DNA from: the human T2T-CHM13v2.0 reference genome, Homo sapiens
NCBI RefSeq assembly: GCF_009914755.1
Contig: NC_060932.1
DNA: 64,000 nucleotides
Reading direction: 5' to 3' (one strand)
Position numbers and translations under genes: made by a program. This document shows positions 45,873-60,944 of this stretch, one piece after another (within the stretch, counting starts at the first letter, position 1; every line of letters begins with the position of its first letter). The notes beneath the pieces were generated by a model. That model did no database searches. It was not told the origin of the DNA and worked only from the letters and a program-made list of their open reading frames with translations.

Positions 45873-47670
45873 TCATTCTGTGGGAGGACAAGATTGGGGA
45901 AAGTTATAGGGGAAAGAAGAAGTCTCTTGTCAACAGAAATAGAATCTTTCTATTGATGAATGGCTGCCTGCAACTGGGAAGAGTGACTTGCAACAACACA
46001 ATTTAATATTCTCTAAATAAACAAACCATTTTTTGCACTCACAACTGATGTACTAAAGATACTCTGCTAAACACATGAAAACGAGAATAAAACACTTTTG
46101 ATTTGCATTATCATACCAAATGATATGCATATGCAAACATCCAAACTTCTGAATCATTTTTAAAAATCTTAAAAATCCATGCAGTTGATTAAGATGCATT
46201 TTGGGTCTATAGACTTCTAAATCTACAGAAACACACACACATATATGTGAGCACACACATAAACTTGTGTGTTCACACAGAAAGTGATGCTAAAAATTAG
46301 TTCTTAAACCTATTTGATTAGTATCAGATGCACATTTTGCAGCAATAGTCATCATAATTATTCCTCAATGTTTAGTCATGGTTTTACTTTGTAGAGCGCT
46401 CCATGAATTAATTTCAAGAATAAAAAAAGAAATTATACTAGGTAGCCCTGTATAAAAAATTAAAACATACAGGTCCATTAAAATTTTTTAAAAATACTTT
46501 TCTAAATTACATATTGCAGAAATTATCCTCCAAACAACTTTGAAACCATACTCAAAAACTAAAACACTTAAATTTACTGTTAGATTTTGATTCACACTAA
46601 AAATCAATTACTTGTCCTTGACAAAACCTTTTATTATATCCAAATGATTTTAGCCACCAAAGAGATATTGGATTTTTTTTAAAGTCACAGACAGCTTTAA
46701 TCTTGCAAATGCATCATTCCAAAATGTGTGAGATAAATTTGAAAAGGTCAAATCTGCTGTAATTAAAGCCATTCTTTGGATGTCTTTATAGTTGAAGCAG
46801 CCAAATGTCTGTACTGAATGCCAGAAGAATTAAGTATTCAGATACATATTTTTTCTTCTCCAATCTAGCATCAGGCTGTGGACTTATCCAATGAGTTATT
46901 TTGTTGTTGTTTTTTAAGGAAGTGGAATATTTCAAACCATACAAGTAGATTCTGATACAGCTCTAAACATTATAACACAAAGTGAAAAGTTTAATGTTTA
47001 ATATCATACTATTAAAAAGCAAAAGAATTATATTTCAATATGAGTCTAATGAAAATGTATAGTTTTATTTGCTTTTTTATTCCAGTATATTTCAATATCT
47101 AAATATTATCACCTTCTAGAAGTGGTATGTTTTCCAATTCATAATAAAAGAATTGTGGAGTTGCTGCCAGAATACAAGTAAAGCAACTAATAAGTAATTG
47201 TAAATATAAATTTTGTAATTTGTATATGAAAGTAGCAGCAAACATTATTAACTATAAAAAGGTTTTTAACAAAAGTCCTTTTTTAAAGGATCATATCCAT
47301 GCATGATTCATTTTTCATTCCAGTGATTGTTATTAAAGCAAAAGAGAACCCATGTGACTCAAAATGTACTAAGATTAAATTTTCATTGTTGGCTCACAAT
47401 AGAGCTAATATTTCAGCTTGTTTTATGTCTTTATTGGTTGGATTTTATTTACAAGACAACTTTGTGCTATAAATTGTTGGAGATAAAACCAAATTTCTAT
47501 CCAAATCTTTCAGAATCTTTTAATGAGGGTCTTACAGCTAGAGGATAAAATAATCTGAAGCAATTCCAAATTAAGGAATTATATGACAAGTTCCATATCA
47601 ATGATATATATATACACACACACAACAAGCAACATATTAGTTCAAATAGTACAATGTTGAATATACACAT

Positions 47671-48297
47671 TGTGATAGTTATTTTATTTTATTTTTTACT
47701 TAAGACAGGGTCTGTCTGTGTCACTCAGGCTGGAATGCAGTGGTGTCATCACAGCTCACTGTCACCTCAAACTCCTGGACTCAAGATATCATCCCACTAC
47801 AGGTTTGCGCCACCATGCCTAGCTATTTTTTTTTTTTTAAGACAGGGTCTCACTATGTTGCCCTGGTTGATCTTGGCTCCTGGCCTCAAGCAAATCTTCT
47901 ACCTTACTTCCCAAAGTATTGGGATTACTGGTGTGCTGGCCTGATGGTTATTCTTATGAGTCAACTTGCCTGGGTTAAGGAATGCCCTGACGGCTGGGAA
48001 AACACTATTTCTGGGAGTTTTTGTGAGAGTGTTTCTGTATTAGCATTTGAATCTGTAGTCAAAAATCAGGAGTAAAAGAGGTCCCCTCTCACCAATGTTG
48101 GTGGGTATCATCCAACTCACTGGGACCTGCCCCAAGAGAACAAAAAGCAGAAGATGGGTTCTCCAGCTTACAGACAGAACACTGGACTTGTGGGCCTCCA
48201 TAATAATGAATATGAGCTGATTCCCATCATAAATCTTTCCTTATATATTTCTATATGTCTTGCTGAGTCTATTTCTCTGGAGAACCCTGAATAATAT
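47671..48297 (+). mobile_element. MLT2 (ERVL) LTR, split near its 5' end by AluJ
   Basis: tgtgatagttatt...gtcaacttgcctgggttaagg...tctctggagaaccctgaataata. Confidence 0.8.
47683..47941 (-). mobile_element. AluJ with internal deletion
   Basis: agacagggtct in both arms; TSD tgatagttatt / tgatggttatt. Confidence 0.88.
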
Positions 48298-49884
48298 ATA
48301 TATGTATGCATGTATATAATTTATTATAATAATAAAAATTAAAGTAACAAATTATTAGTGAGCTAGTAATTTTAAAAAGCCCACAATGATGCCACATTTC
48401 TCTCTCTAACTCTTGAGAGGACATCTGCTTATCTATGGCTAATGGTCAATCAGAGTTTAATAAGATTAATGATTCATTTATTGAGCAATTTCTATGTTTC
48501 AAATTCTACCCAAGTCCCACTGTGTATGCTAATACACTGATTCTTACAACAACTTGGTGAGATAGCTATTAAGATTCATACTTTCAGATGACATGATGAA
48601 GTTGTGACAAGTTGGCTGCCATAAGAACTAAAATCCACTACGGTTTGACTTCTGCATACATACTTTTCGCCTTGTGCTTCATTGTCTTAGACAATCAGTC
48701 CCCAACCTCCTTTATACACTTTCAGAAAGAGACAGACATTCATGTACTCTAAACCAAACTATTACATTCCCCTCGTTGTGCTTTCCAAAAGGTACAAAAG
48801 CAGGCTGTAACCATACTTGCTATCCACACTATATACCTATTTTGTTCCCATTGGGAAATATTTGAGGACTGCCTACTGGTTGCAAATATTTTTCACCTAA
48901 TTTTTGATTTAATTAAACCCTACTTATTCTACTTTCCTTAATATTTCCTTCCTTTCAAATTCACTCTATGTGTCTTTTCATTTTTGTGACTAATTTACAG
49001 TAATAGATTATAAACATCAATATTTAACTGTGTAAAATACCTATTTATAAAATTATTCATATGAATTTTCACTGGCCTACTACCGTTGTATTAATAAGGA
49101 GAAGGCTGTTGGCAAAACAACAACAAAAACCACCACCACAGCAAAACCCTTTAAAACCAACTTTGAGATACTTACTTTGGTTTTAAGTGTTTGATTTTAT
49201 GAGCTCATTAATGAATGTTAATATTCTTCACTGAAATTTGCTACCTATATTTTTATACTTCTTACCACTGTGAGTTGTTTTACATACTAGTGATTTTTAT
49301 TATCCTATTAGTATTCTAAATGGAGTGTGGGTAGTAGAAATACCACAATTGTCTTATTTTTATTAGATACCTCCTCAAAGTAGCCTTAACACTATTTTAT
49401 TCTCCTTCAGTAGTTTATCATCTACTAAATCTGTCTAAAACAATATATACAAAAGGTTAATAAATGGCTCTATTTAGCTAAGTCTAGTCTAATTACCATG
49501 AAAACGTTAGGTCTAACTTTCTAAACATAAATTTTTTGAAGTGTTCTGCTTTTCCTAAGAATATGCTACTCCAGACTATCTTAAGTTCACACATGTAAAA
49601 GAGAAGGAAATGTAGGAAATGTGTCTGAAAAATCATACCTCTGCCTTAGATGATAAAATAATTTTTCAGCTGAGGTTTTATATCATCACCAACTTAATAT
49701 CACTCCTTGGTCCTGTCACCTTCAGCTCTCAATATACAGTTAACTTTTATCTTCTGGAGATTTTTAGACTTTAAGGAACTCACTAAAGATTGTTTAAGAA
49801 ATGATGCAAGGAATGAGTTGAAGACTTTAATTTTCCAAGTAAGTGCAGAATAATTATGAAGAAGGAACCTGATGAATATGAAAA

Positions 49885-50465
49885 GCAGAGAGCACCAAAT
49901 TCTGATGAGGATACTGGACAATGTGCATCCTCATTCACTGCAGAAATGAAAATGTTACATCACTTTGGAAGACAGTTTGGCAGCATTTTTACAAAACTAA
50001 GCATAATCTTATCATATAATCTAGCAATCATGCCCCTTGGCATATACCCAATGAAGTTAAAAACAGGTCCTCGCTAAAACCAGCACAAGAATGTTTATAG
50101 CAGCTTTATTTGCCAAACTGGTAAGCAACCAAGATGTCCCTCGTTAGGTAAATGGATAAACTGTAACACACTCAGATAATGAAATAGTATTCAGCATTAA
50201 AAACAAATGACCAATCAAGACATAAAAATACATGAAGGAATCTCATATACGTGTTTCTAACAGTATGAAGCCAATCAGAAAATGCTACATACTGTATGAT
50301 TCCAACTACATGACATTCCAAGAAAGGCCAAACTATGGCAGCAGTTTGAAAAAATCAGTGATTGACAGGTGTTATGGGGGACAGAGGGATGAGTAGGTGG
50401 AGCCCAGACGATTTTTAGGGCAGTGAAACGCTACTGTAAAAGACTGTAACTATGGATATTGTGTT
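49885..50465 (+). mobile_element. L1MC1-like 3' fragment
   Basis: aagcaaccaagatgtcc...tactgtatgattccaactacatgacattc...atttttagggcagtgaaac. Confidence 0.78.
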
Positions 50466-50861
50466 CAGATTTTTTAAAAAATGAAACTGAAATTTAAAAT
50501 AGAGTAACTAAGAGGGAATCTGGTTGATTTGTTTCAGCTTAAATTCATGATTGCAAATCTCGTGTCTTTATATTTCCCCCAAAAAATTAATATTCCCTGC
50601 TCCATTCACTATCACGCTTTTTCAGAGTAACAGTTCTTATTTATTTTCTCTACTTCCCATTTTCACTCTTGTTGACGAGTTTATTTTCTGTTTCACTTGT
50701 AAAAAGGTAGTAATCTGGCAAGAACTTCAAAATCTCTGGTCGCTACATCTGCTCACCTTCCTGTATCTACACCTACATTCTGTTCTCTCTCGTTTTCATA
50801 CGGATAAACTGTCTGCTTCTAATGCCCACCCCTCTAACTGTGACTAGGTCCTGTCTCCTGT

Positions 50862-51408
50862 TGTATTCGGGTTCTCCAGCGGGACAGGATTAAATGGATA
50901 GAGGTACATATAAAATAGAGTTTATTAAGAAGTATTGACTCACAGGATCACAGGGTGAAGTCCCACGATAGGCCATCAGCAAGCTGAGAAGCAAGGAAGC
51001 CAGTCCGAGTCCCAAAACCTCAAAAGTAGTGAAGCCGACAGCGCAGCCTTCAGTCTGTGGCTGAAGGCCAGAGAGCCCCTGGTAAACCACTGTTGTAGGT
51101 CCAAGAGTCCAAAAACTGAAGAACTTGCAGTCTAACTTAGTTCAACGGCAGGAAGCATTCAGCACGGGAGAAAAACAGAGGCCCAGAGACTCAGCGAGTC
51201 TCGTATTTCCTCTTTGCTCCGCCTGCTTTTATTTCAGCAGCGTTCGCAGCTGATTAGATGGTGCTCACTTAGATTGAGGGTGGGTTTGGGTCTCCCAGTT
51301 CACTGACAAAGGTTAACCTCCTTTGGCCATACCCTCACAGACACATCTGGGAATAATACTTTGTATCCTTCAATCCAATCAAATTGACACGCAGTATTAA
51401 CCATCACA
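50862..51408 (-). mobile_element. MLT2A2-like ERVL solo LTR
   Basis: 547 bp, tgtatt...attaaccatcaca, perfect 5-bp TSD CCTGT. Confidence 0.9.
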
Positions 51409-51578
51409 CCTGTTATCTATTCAGAGCTATCATCCCTGCAATTTTCTTGCTGCTGCTTCTGCAATTTTAATTCCTCTGCTAAGTCCTTCACATCAAAAAA
51501 CAACAAAATGGAGTTAATTTAATGTGATAAAAACTAACAACTTTCTTTACCCCCAGGTCGCATACCTCCAGAATTCTA

Positions 51579-51873
<295 letters not shown>

Positions 51874-52659
51874 AGCCATTTCTCCTTTATAGCTGTTTAT
51901 TTCTAACCATTTGTCTTCAATTACTGTAATCCCATTCTCTCTTGAACCTATTTCATTCAGGCTTATATTCTTCTACTTCTACACTGAAACAGTTTTCAAG
52001 ATGACTAATATAGGTAACTATTTATACATTGGCCATATACTTTATGTATGAATAAAGTACACAATGCCAAGTGTAATATATTCTAGTACATTACACTTAG
52101 CAACAGCGTCTACATTCTACTCCTTTGACATCTACAATCACTGCTCCTTGAAATATTTTTTCTCTTTTCTTCAGGACACCATATTCTCTTATTTTTTCTC
52201 CAGCCTCCTTGGCTAATTCTTCTCATCCTTCTTTGCCAAATCCACCTTATCTCCCCACAAAATTTGAAGTTTCCTAAATTTCTCTATTATTTCAATGTTT
52301 ACCCTTTGCTACACACCAACAGTACTTAAATCCACTTTCATGACTTCGTTATGCTTATAACTACCACGTAATTCTTTATACTCAATTTAGAAATTTATTC
52401 AATGTTCGTGTTTAATCATTCTCATCATGCTGACTCCTTCAGTAACAGAGCTCGGGGCTTGAAATTCTAACCTTACAAAAAACTTATGCTTATTCCACAT
52501 AATACATAGATATAAACTTCTTGAATATTAAAGACATTTCATTATAAAGACTATATTCTTTATAATGACAATAAAGAATATATTTATAATAACATAATTG
52601 TATTCTTCTATATTTATTTCAAAACTGTTAAAGTTTCAAAGGTCACATATGTCTTTAAT

Positions 52660-52742
52660 TATCACAACAAACTCCCATGATACAAGTTTAATTATATAAC
52701 AAACCTGCACTTGTACTCCTGAACTTAAAAGTTTGAAAAAAG
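52660..52742 (+). mobile_element. Very short old L1PA 3' end
   Basis: aaactcccatgatacaagttta...aacaaacctgcacttgtactcctgaacttaaaag. Confidence 0.75.
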
Positions 52743-53609
52743 AATATCATTCTTATAAAAGACTTGTAAAGACTTAATGAATGAAGTTATCTTGAACATT
52801 TGATAACTTTAATATTCACAGTTTATATTTATCAATAGATGCTCTCAGAAAAATAAAAAGGCTTCCAACAAACTAGAAGAAAATATTAATATAATCAACA
52901 TATAAACAGCAAAGTGTTAATATCCAGAATATATAAAGAATAATACAAATAACCCAATTAAATAATGGACAAATGATACACACATTATACAAAATATGAA
53001 AACATGAATAGTTAATTAATATATGATGCTTAATTTTGGTAACCAGGGAAATGCTATTTCAACACAGGGCAGGATGACATTTTACACTAGCCGGTGTGAA
53101 GAAAAGTTAAAATTCCAGTCCCAAGTGTCAGAAAAGTTATAGAACAAAGGAGACTCATACATGACTTATAAGTAATGAGATGGGGAGGGGTCATAGAAAT
53201 CACTGCCTCACAATCAATGGGGATTACTCAATTCACTAATAAGGAATGCATGCAATAAGTTTCAAAGTCATGAATTTTGTGCTTTTTGTGACAGTAATAG
53301 TAAAAAATAATTTTTATCAATCTCACAATAAATTTGACCAAACATTTTGTGCAATTTAATTCCTTTAGACCCCATTATCTCATTATGGCTGAGTTTACTG
53401 TTTTATTTTATAGATACATATAACTCTAGAAGACACAAGGATTTTGTAACATCACTTGCCTCTGGTAGTTAAAGTGGGAGGGAGTTTTTTTATTAATATT
53501 TATTACCTAACATTTGAATTTTATACTAGGAGAATGGATTATTATCCTGTAATTAAATTAAAATTTAAAAAATTAAAAACTTTTAAATTGAAGTAAAATG
53601 TTCAGTAGA

Positions 53610-53960
53610 TGAGAGGTTCCATCTCTAATCAGGGGATAACTGATTCCTTTATAAACAGCTGGAAAACTAGACAAACTATATGAAACAATCATTTTCAAAC
53701 ATTGCACAATTGGCTCCTAAGGACTGGTTTTCCACAGTTGAGAAGAGAAACAAACAACGTAAGATCTACAATAGCCCCTGATTTCTGCCTGGGGATACCT
53801 ACCGGACCACACCATTGACAGCAGAACCCAGACAGAGCTTGGAGAAATCCCTGAGTTAAAGAGACAGAAATGCTATTGCAGGAGGACTAAGCGAGTATCT
53901 TAAATTTAAGGTAGGAACTAGACAAAGAAAGAGCTCCAAAAATCAACATAGTTTTCCCCT
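53610..53960 (+). mobile_element. Old L1M 5'-region fragment
   Basis: aaaactagacaaactatatgaaacaa...ttcaaacattg resembles L1MC/MD 5'UTR. Confidence 0.45.
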
Positions 53961-54383
53961 GAGTGATCCAGGGACTGACTGACTAACTCAGTGAGCATCC
54001 ATCCCTGGTTCTAATATCTAACTTCCCCTCCTTGAGTGTCCAGGGTAACCACCTTGAGCTGTGTTCATATCTGCAAATGACAGGTTCATCTCTGCCTCTC
54101 AAGACTGCATAAACCTGTGCAACACTTTCTACCTTTTACGTAAAGCATACATAATTTCACAAGCAAACAGCATTTCCTGTATTTTGGAGAATTCAGTCAA
54201 GCTTTGGGATTCAGAGTTATGGGTAAAACACTTTACTCACTTCACCTTCCTCTTTACACTTGTGCCTGATTTTTCCTCCTTTAATCTCCCTTACCGCTCT
54301 CAGAAACGAAATCATTTTGTTTTCTTATCTGTTAACAAGTATAACAACTTTGGAAGAGTCTTTTGTTGCTTGATTAAGACGGG

Positions 54384-54880
54384 TGTGGTGGTTAATTTTC
54401 TGCTTCGACTTGACTGGGTTACAGGATGTCCAGATAGTGGTTAGACATTATTTCTGGGTGTTTCTGTGAGAATGTTTCTGGAAGATATTAGCATCTCTGA
54501 AATAAGTAAAGCAGATGGCCCTCCCCAATGAGGGTGGGGATCATACAACCTGCTGAGGGCCCGAATAGAACAAAAAGGCAGAGGAAGGTAGAATGCTGTC
54601 TCTCTGCTTGACTGCACGAGGGGAGACATTGATTGTCTCCTGCCCTTGGACTAGGCCTTATACCATTGTCACTTCTCATTCTCAGGCCTTCAGACTTAGG
54701 CTGGAATTAACACCACTGGCTCCCCTGGGTCTCCATTTGCAGACCACTAACAGTGGGGACTTTTCAGGTTCCCTAACTCCGTAAACACGTGAGCCAATTC
54801 TTACACCATATATCTTTATACACACACACACATACACATATCCTATTGCTTCTGTTTTCTCTAGATTGCCCTGACATACA
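54384..54880 (+). mobile_element. MLT2 (B/D-like) ERVL solo LTR
   Basis: tgtggtggttaatttt...gacttgactgggt...aatagaacaaaaaggcagaggaagg...tcctattgcttctgttt...ataca. Confidence 0.85.
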
Positions 54881-55117
54881 ACACAATTTCTCTCTCATTT
54901 CCACAGGCTCTATCTCTTACCCACACTTAAACATTGAAATCATCTGTGTGTATTTTAATACTCATGAAGTTCAGGCTTCCCTCAATAGCCTGACTTTGTA
55001 TCTCTGAGGCAGATCAGATTTTTACATTTCAAAAAACATGCCTTTAAAACAAAATCTTATTTTAAGTACGCGTGACAATCATTGGCAGAAGGCAATTGTA
55101 GAACAAATGGGATTTGA

Positions 55118-55420
55118 GGGCTGGTGCAATGGTTTATACTTGTAATCCCAACACTTTGGGAGGCATAGGCAGGAGGATGGCTTGAGCCTAGGACTTTGTG
55201 ACCAGCCTGAGCAATACAGTGAGACTCCGTCTCTACAAACAATTTAAAAAATTAGCTGGGCATGGTGGTACCTGCCTGTGGTCCCAGCTACTTGGGAAGC
55301 TGAAGCAAGAGGATTGCTTGAGCCCAGGAAGTCAAGGCTATAGTGAACTGTGATTGCACTCCTGCATTCCAGGCTAGGCAACAGAGTGACACCCTATCTC
55401 AGAAACAAAACACACAAAAA
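55118..55420 (+). mobile_element. AluJ
   Basis: ggaggatggcttgagcc in the left arm and ggattgcttgagccc in the right arm; degenerate TSD aaatgggatttga / aaaaggtatttga. Confidence 0.9.
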
Positions 55421-56986
55421 GGTATTTGATTTCAACACTAATTTATTCATTTTTGGCCATGTAAATTACATTGATAAAGAAATTCAAAGAGAGTATATTG
55501 TACTATGTGAATGATCACATTTGATCCTGAACTACTAATGGGTACGTCTTGGTTACTTGTATAAGAATAACGGGTTTCAATTAAGGTAAATTAACATATA
55601 TAAAATACTATGTATATATGAATATATGCAGCATAAATGACAAAGTTATTTTATTTTCAGTTTAGCCTGAAAATAAGGTTGTTTTGATTATACAAGCAAT
55701 CTTTTAATAAAATCAAGTTTACTCCTTTATGTATCACCCTAACATGTATGTTCTGATTGCTGACTACATGGATTAAAGATAATTTTCTTCTCTCTACTTG
55801 GCGTCTAGCCCATGAAAATCCAACTTTTTGCAGTTTCTACACCTTAATGACCGTAGAAGAACACTGGAAAATATGCCACATTATTAGACATCACATGTTA
55901 CTTTATCATACCTGAAGTTTCTCTAAAGATTGAAACAATTCAATTATTACAGCAAGTTATACATATGTACAAACTGGTTATACACTATATCTATTAATAT
56001 TATGAAACTAGCTATACAACTCAATGACGTTTGGATATGGAAATGTAATTCTGATATTTTTTATTTCCATTTCTATCATAGTTTGCTATTAGTATGGCTC
56101 TGTATAACAAACTTTCATGAATATATCAGAGAGAAATGGTAAGATGAGAGCTAAGTGCAAACGATGCAAGTTAGTGACTCCGAAATAGTGACCACAGCAA
56201 GTCATATACCATTGTTTTAAATAACTTTTAAATATAGAATTATGTTTTGTTATATTTTTAAAGGTTTACAAATAAATTTTTTAATTCAGAAAGTTGCATT
56301 GATGTAATTTTTAAAACACTTCATTGCTATCTTGGTTAGCAGTTTCCCGGTTTTTTTACACACATAGAACAAATGTTACAGTACAATGGGAGCATCCTGG
56401 TATGGAAAAAGATAGATCTGGAGTTATATTTTATGTTCCGTTTTTGCTGTGGTTTTAAGAAATATACATTTTTTAGGTAATTTATTCTTCTGAAAGATGG
56501 GAATATTATATTTAAGCAAAAGAATTATTGTTTGAATCAATTTTAAAATATTGTATCCATATTTATATCTAAAATGTTTCTGTCATTCATTAATATGATT
56601 CACATAATACAACTACAGAAAATCATTGTTGGTAATGAACCATAGAGATCATTTAGCTCTAAGTTAAATGCATTTCTTGGTGATACTTCTGTTGCTTCAT
56701 AGTATAATACGATATATTAAATGCTTTACAGCAAAATTATTATATATAAGTATTACTAAAAGTCATCAGTAATAGCAACAGTTTGACATTGAGTCTTACC
56801 CTGAAATAATACACTTTTGCTCACACACTGTAAGTATTTTGTTTCTCTTTATGGCTTTAAAGGACTAAAAATAATTATTTAAAGCAAGAAAGCAGGAAAG
56901 TCATGGAAGGCACTGAGACAGAGGCTACTAATTTATGCAGAATTTCCTCTCATCTTCTTGTTACTTGTTTCAGAATCTTGCCTTGA

Positions 56987-57365
<379 letters not shown>

Positions 57366-57660
57366 AAATTTTTCATTTTTAACCACATTATTAATGCTTA
57401 CATTAAGGTAGGCCCTGATGGGTCCTGTGCTTCCAGATTCTCCCTCGGTTTCCTCTCATAGTACATGAGACATGCGTGAAGACAGGGCAAGAAGGGTTCT
57501 CATTGTAACAGAAGCTTATATCTGAAAGATGTCCAGTAATCTAATTGGTCTATCTTTCCTCAACTCTCACTAGACACATGCAACACAGCCAGCACTTTCC
57601 TTTCTATGACAGCAGGCACAAGGACATACGCTGTTTAACTACTTTATATTTTCTCTAGAA

Positions 57661-57889
<229 letters not shown>

Positions 57890-58099
57890 TAGATCTACTG
57901 ATACAATACAAAATAACGTCAGTTAATAAATATTTCAAAAAATATGTAACTATGTTTAGCATGCTCGTTTTTCCCCCTCAAATTTGTTCTGGTTTGGACA
58001 ATAAATATAGCCACACTATCTTTTGGTTGCCATTTTAAAGATCAAACTTGCCTACACTTCCTCTCCCCCTTGAAATTGCCTGGAAAATTGCATTGTTGT

Positions 58100-58310
58100 A
58101 GTTCCTGTGGAACCAGATATAGAGGCCATATGTTGAGTATGCATGGTAGTAAGAACCACTAAATACGGGTGTCTGGGAGAAGAAATGGAGCAGAGCCTCC
58201 CACTGGCCATGGATCCCTCAACTACTCACTGTTACTCAAGAGAGAAATACAGTGCCTTCTCTTTAACACATTGTATTTGGTGTCTTGCTGGCTGTCTCCT
58301 AAGTAATATA
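58100..58310 (+). mobile_element. Old LTR 3' fragment (MLT1J/LTR16-like)
   Basis: atggagcagagcc...gagagaaata...ctaagtaatata. Confidence 0.4.
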
Positions 58311-58407
58311 TTCCCTAAATAATAAAGATCAAACATTATTTGTAAACACTATGCTACAAGCCACTCATAGAGAACTTAGGATTAACTGCACTTCTTGTGA
58401 GTAATGA

Positions 58408-58660
58408 GTGTGTGTGTGTGCGCGCGCGTGCGCACGTGTGTCTTTCTCTGCTGCCCAGGCTGAAGTGCCACGGCACCATCACGGCTCACTGCAGCCTCAA
58501 CCTCCTGGGATCAAGCAATGCTGCGCCTCAGCCTTCCAAGTAGCTGAGACCACAGGCTTGCCTCACCATACCCAGCTAATTTACTCCTGGGCTCAAGCCA
58601 TTCTCCAACCTCAGCCTCCCAAAATGCTGGGATTACAGGCATGAGCCACCACACTTGGGC
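58408..58660 (-). mobile_element. AluJ with internal deletion; tail converted to (GT)n(GC)n
   Basis: ggctcactgcagcctcaacctcctggg...ctcctgggctcaagc; degenerate TSD tgtgagtaatga / tgtgaatgatta. Confidence 0.85.
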
Positions 58661-60208
58661 TGTGAATGATTACGTTTTAAAGTTAATTATTAAGGTGCAA
58701 ATCATGTAAAGCCAACAGTATTAGCATACATCTCTCATGGAATCTAACAGAATCCTGAACATTGGAACAGAGTAATAATTAGTAGAGCATGGAATGAAGC
58801 AGTTTCATGCAGTTCAGGACTATGTTGTCTGAAACATGTGTGCCACCTAAATATCACAATCAGAACAGTGATGTGTTCACACTAGGAGTGACTCTGAGCC
58901 CAGATTCACAGTCCTCATCTTTGATTCCTCCAGGGAATGTGGTTCCATAATGGAATCATTTGCCTTTAATAGGTTATCCAAACTGTCCTCTCTCTTTCCT
59001 TAGCTGTATGATCATGGTCCTTTAACACTTGACTTGTGTAGGGTCAGTTATATTCCACCTCATCATTTCCTAATGTAATTGTAAACGCTTTATTTTTATT
59101 GGTACTCTAAATAAGAATATGAAACCATCCTGTATCAAGTCCTGTTAAAATACTTGCAAGTATGTTGATTTTTAAAAAATAATAATATTTGTAAGCTATA
59201 AGGAATATAATATATTATGAGACAAATGATGTACGGCAAAGTATAGCACTTTATGCAATATAGATACCATAACATTGCCTCTCTTACTTTATGATTACTT
59301 GTTTCTCACCTAGATGTGCTGATTTGTGCTATACTGTTCCTTCCAGATTCTAAGAGTTTGAGTCTTGAAATGCTTTTGACTTCAAACCATTGTTCTTCTG
59401 TTTAGTGATAATTTATTTCAATTATGTTTCTTAGGGGTAAAATATTACTTGAGGATGGTTTAAACCTATAATATTGCTGAATCCTCAGCTGATTTTATCT
59501 TACCCCAGAGAGAAATTTCTTTGGCCAGGTGCCTGAGGGAATTAGTAATCTCAGAATTACTAATACTTAATATAATTTTAAGGTATTCGTACCTCAGTGC
59601 TACTTTTTAAAAACAGAGATTGTGTCACAAATCCAAATCTACATGTCATCTTTGGACAGGGGGCCTGCTAGTGTTGTCTGTCTTATTCCAATTGTAGCAC
59701 ATGTACAACCGAAGTGAGCGTCTTAAGGACTGGCGTTTCTACTCTGTAGTAAGTGTTATGACAAGTTTAATTCTGTTTTATCTTTTCTTTCAGGACACGA
59801 TCTTTTGGGTTTCCAGGAAACCTCAGTGGTTAATCAGGAACCCCACTTTTGAGAAGCTTTAAAAAACAACTTTTCTCCTCCTAAGTCCCTGAGGCTCCCA
59901 AATGTGCAGCTCAGACTTTTGGTGGCTTCTCCAGAAAAGTAAATTCCCTGACACGAAAAGAGTTCTGAACGCTGGATTCCCCTTTTAACTTCTTCTGGTC
60001 CTATCTAAATCGTGACCTGGTTGTTCCCTACTGTCTCACTAGTTTGATGATATTATTAATAAAACAAACAAAAACACATTTGTTGTCCTTTTATTAGAAG
60101 CCCAGGATTGATGGATTGATATTAATTCTATATTGTATTATGGATAAAAGTTTGAAATTCTGCGTCCCATCGCCACGGTTAAAGTAAGCTGTTTTCATCC
60201 ATTGCTTA

Positions 60209-60718
60209 TGAGCAAGAGACCACAATGGCCTGAACTCCCCTCCAGCTAGACAAAAGTTTAAAGAGGTTTCCTTCTTATGCTAGGCCCTTCGCTTGTGCTT
60301 CCTAAGATTACTCACTTCAATAAAGTTGCAATTGCCCCTTTGAGATGTAAATCATCCCCTAGCCTCTAGCCAGTTTTACAACATGGAAATGCCTCTCAAG
60401 GATCTCGGAGCTAACCCATTGAAATGTAATCATCTAGAAAGACAGTGCCCCAATCTTTCCATCACTGTGAGAAGTTAGGAACCTAACTTTCCTAAACTTC
60501 AATTAGAAAACACATGTGGCCTAATCACATTGACCAACCACTCTCCTAACATCAAGCAGTAGACTTCCCTCGCTAATGCAAACTCTCCTGCCTTTTGTTT
60601 CAGCAGAGTTGAATTCAATCTTTCTCTTTATTGCAATAATCTTGATCTCTTTTGCAATAGTCTTAAATAACATTTTCCCCACCTCTTTAACACCATCTCT
60701 TGCAATTTTTCTTTGACA
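60209..60718 (+). mobile_element. MER67/MER31-like ERV1 solo LTR
   Basis: tgag...gcccctttgagatgtaaatc...ggcctaatcacattgaccaacc...tttttctttgaca. Confidence 0.75.
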
Positions 60719-60919
60719 TTTAACTAAAGATTAATTAGTTCTGGAAATTTACCCTTTTTTTCCTCCATGGATTCAGCAGCAGTATCTAAAAGAAAAAAAT
60801 TCATCAACCAATTATATATATATAGATATACATAATATATATGTATATATATAATATAAAGATAAAACACTGCACCAGTGGAACTGAACATAAAGTAATT
60901 CAAATTCACAGAACGCATC

Positions 60920-60944
60920 TTTTTTTCAGGCTTTTAATTTTATT
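60920..60944 (-). terminator. Candidate polyadenylation signal (AATAAA followed 12 nt later by A7)
   Basis: Plus-strand tttatt at 60939-60944 and T7 at 60920-60926, at the edge of a UTR-like unique block. Confidence 0.3.

Noticed and set aside
54061-54444. 127-aa ORF
   Set aside because: GTG start, runs into an MLT2 LTR, no recognisable homology.
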